From positions 1 through 24,869 of IMG/VR virus record IMGVR_UViG_3300032328_000502: a stretch of 24,869 nucleotides of DNA. One strand, 5' to 3'. Below the pieces are notes generated by a model. It was given only the letters and a program-made list of their open reading frames with translations. It searched no databases and was not told the origin of the DNA. A program made the position numbers and the translations under genes. The first letter of the stretch is position 1; each line of letters starts with the position of its first letter. Shown piece by piece: positions 23,006 through 24,869 of the stretch. This DNA is from a virus. Its lineage: Duplodnaviria > Caudoviricetes.

Positions 23006-24790
23006 TTAGATTAATTTATATTCGTCTAGATAATCTCTGATATCTTCAGGAATGTCCCTAGATTCTAATTCTAGCATATCCCTTTGCTTTTGTGCAAGTC
23101 GGGATGCACTAGACCAAGTATGGATCTCAATTTCTAGATTGGGATCTTTACTGGTATGGGATATTGCTCCAAATACCGCCCCACAAACGGCATCTGCCAA
23201 GTCCTTAGATTTCTTGCGTGGGTGGTCAACTTTATTATTTTTCATAATTTTAAGTTCACTCATCTCATCAAGCAATAAAGGAATCATTGGCATAGCAACT
23301 CTTTCCTCATATATCATCATTGCTAAATCTTCATAATGTTTTTTAGCAACAGAAACAGTATCAGTTCTTATACCAACAGCCTTTAGTTCATTTTGAATAT
23401 CAAAAGACTGCCATCTATCAAACGATACCATTCCAATATTAAATCCTTCTCTACGAAGGTTTTGTATCCATAACTTTACCTCAGATAGGTTTACAGGGCC
23501 TTCTACCTTTGGTTCCCACCAAGCAACAGCATCTACTATTACGATTGGTGCTACTTGCTCATAATCTTTAATTACTTGAATACTTACCCATTTATCAACA
23601 TGGGCAATTGCTACAGCACATTTGTCATGCTTTTGTGCAAGGTCGGCATGAACATAATAGACCTTGTTCGGATCTGGCTTAAAACCAGGATCAAATCTTC
23701 TATGACTATCCACAGGGTTTCTTAAAGTCATGCATCTTTCTAGCTTATCCTTTTGCTTAAAGAAAGCATCAGATGAATATGTGGGGGTACATAAGAAACG
23801 CATCATTGCATCTCCCATATCTTTAAAGAAAGACATCTTAAAATCTTCAATACTTCTAGTAGGGTTTACTTCCCATGTGGGTCTTTTAAGTGCATATACC
23901 TTTGGTATTTTATATGAAACAATATGGTCTTCTTCCCATACAATTTCAAGTTGATTTCCTGAATCATCATGTGGTAAATCAGGATTAATAATATATGTAT
24001 GTCTACGTTCTATTACATCTTTATCCATGATTACATCGTCATACCGCTTTGAAATAAAATCACCCTGATATCTTGGGAAAGAAAGCAAAACAACTTTACC
24101 TAAGTCTGGAAAACGAGAGTCTACTGTACCGCTAAATGCTTTATATATATTTTCTGCAGTCTTGCCTTGATCATTGCCAGTGCCAACTTCAGATGCAAAT
24201 CCAGAAATCTCATCAAGTACTGCCATAAGCAAGTTCAAACCCTCATGAGATTCACGTTCTGAGTGACCAGAGTAAACAGTAATAGACTTATCAAACTCAA
24301 CGCTATCTGCCTTTGGATTATATTTGCCAGCAAACCATGGAGATCTTTCAATCTTGCTCTTAAAACCTTTGAAGAAAACATTCTTAGCCTGTTGAGCGTT
24401 TACTGCAACGTTAATAATATCTATAGCGTCTCCGCTTGGCTTTCCAAAATATCTGGCAGGGTCTTTAAGGCAAAGTAACTTGTAAACAACATAAGCACAA
24501 GCAACAGTGGAAACAAAATCTTTGCCACTACCCTTACCCAACTGTAAAATGATTTCGTTTTTTGTATATTTTGCATAGTATTTGCTACCTTCAATTGAAC
24601 CCATCAACTCTTCTAGATCTTCTTTTTTGTAGATCTGACTCATAGCCTCAACAATGTCATACTGAATTTCAGATAGGGAGGGTTGACCAAGAAAATCTGG
24701 AGACTCAACAAATGTCTTTGCATCTACTGGAATCTCATCAAAATTATTTTCTTTTAATACCTCTAAGAAATCATTGAACATCGTGGACAA
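23006..24790 (-). CDS. terL: Terminase large subunit
   Basis: Walker A GKGSGKD, Walker B AVLDE, nuclease HADLA...FDRWQS...KDLADAV. Confidence 0.9.
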   Translation of the reverse strand: MSTMFNDFLEVLKENNFDEIPVDAKTFVESPDFLGQPSLSEIQYDIVEAMSQIYKKEDLEELMGSIEGSKYYAKYTKNEIILQLGKGSGKDFVSTVACAYVVYKLLCLKDPARYFGKPSGDAIDIINVAVNAQQAKNVFFKGFKSKIERSPWFAGKYNPKADSVEFDKSITVYSGHSERESHEGLNLLMAVLDEISGFASEVGTGNDQGKTAENIYKAFSGTVDSRFPDLGKVVLLSFPRYQGDFISKRYDDVIMDKDVIERRHTYIINPDLPHDDSGNQLEIVWEEDHIVSYKIPKVYALKRPTWEVNPTRSIEDFKMSFFKDMGDAMMRFLCTPTYSSDAFFKQKDKLERCMTLRNPVDSHRRFDPGFKPDPNKVYYVHADLAQKHDKCAVAIAHVDKWVSIQVIKDYEQVAPIVIVDAVAWWEPKVEGPVNLSEVKLWIQNLRREGFNIGMVSFDRWQSFDIQNELKAVGIRTDTVSVAKKHYEDLAMMIYEERVAMPMIPLLLDEMSELKIMKNNKVDHPRKKSKDLADAVCGAVFGAISHTSKDPNLEIEIHTWSSASRLAQKQRDMLELESRDIPEDIRDYLDEYKLI

Positions 24791-24869
24791 CTGTTATTAC
24801 CTCTCCCTCTTTTGCAATAGAGGAAAGTCTTTGCATAATAATATCACGTACTTCTGGATGTGATGATGC
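24771..24869 (-). CDS. 3' end of the upstream gene (possibly terminase small subunit), partial
   Basis: Open frame ASSHPEVRDIIMQRLSSIAKEGEVITVVHDVQ* overlapping the terL start; function from position only. Confidence 0.5.
   Translation of the reverse strand, partial: ASSHPEVRDIIMQRLSSIAKEGEVITVVHDVQ

Noticed and set aside
2473-24478. Other short opposite-strand or nested ORFs in the track (e.g. 2556-2858, 4522-4815, 17681-18025, 18470-18853, 23052-23336)
   Set aside because: They overlap well-supported genes and lack SD, promoter or motif support
23006-24790. Intein or intron in the terminase
   Set aside because: Normal length, continuous motifs, no intein splice motifs

Overview
AT-rich segment of a large tailed dsDNA phage, most likely infecting low-GC freshwater Actinobacteria (inferred from a WhiB factor, an actinobacterial-type SSB, an FmdB zinc ribbon and leaderless genes). 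Bases 1-500 are non-coding and origin-like, with direct repeats, a perfect sigma-70 promoter and a helically phased cluster of DnaA boxes. The + strand (776-10671) carries coupled microproteins, SSB, a glycosylation cassette (7 glycosyltransferase-like genes and an FkbM methyltransferase) and three tRNAs flanking an endonuclease VII-like gene. A hairpin terminator separates this from a - strand block (10713-24869): GT60 glycosyltransferase, WhiB, putative head-associated proteins, thioredoxin, CHAP endolysin, HNH, Hsp20, Ntn protease, two large exported surface proteins and the large terminase. The most unusual signals are two back-to-back H-type pseudoknots behind their own promoter (4061-4122), an ~85-nt three-way-junction RNA candidate (18180-18264), a glycosyltransferase with a ribosomal bL31-like C-terminal domain, a ROSE-like thermometer on hsp20, the DnaA-box array and a probable ATT start codon. 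All family calls come from motif recognition by eye; no database searches were run.
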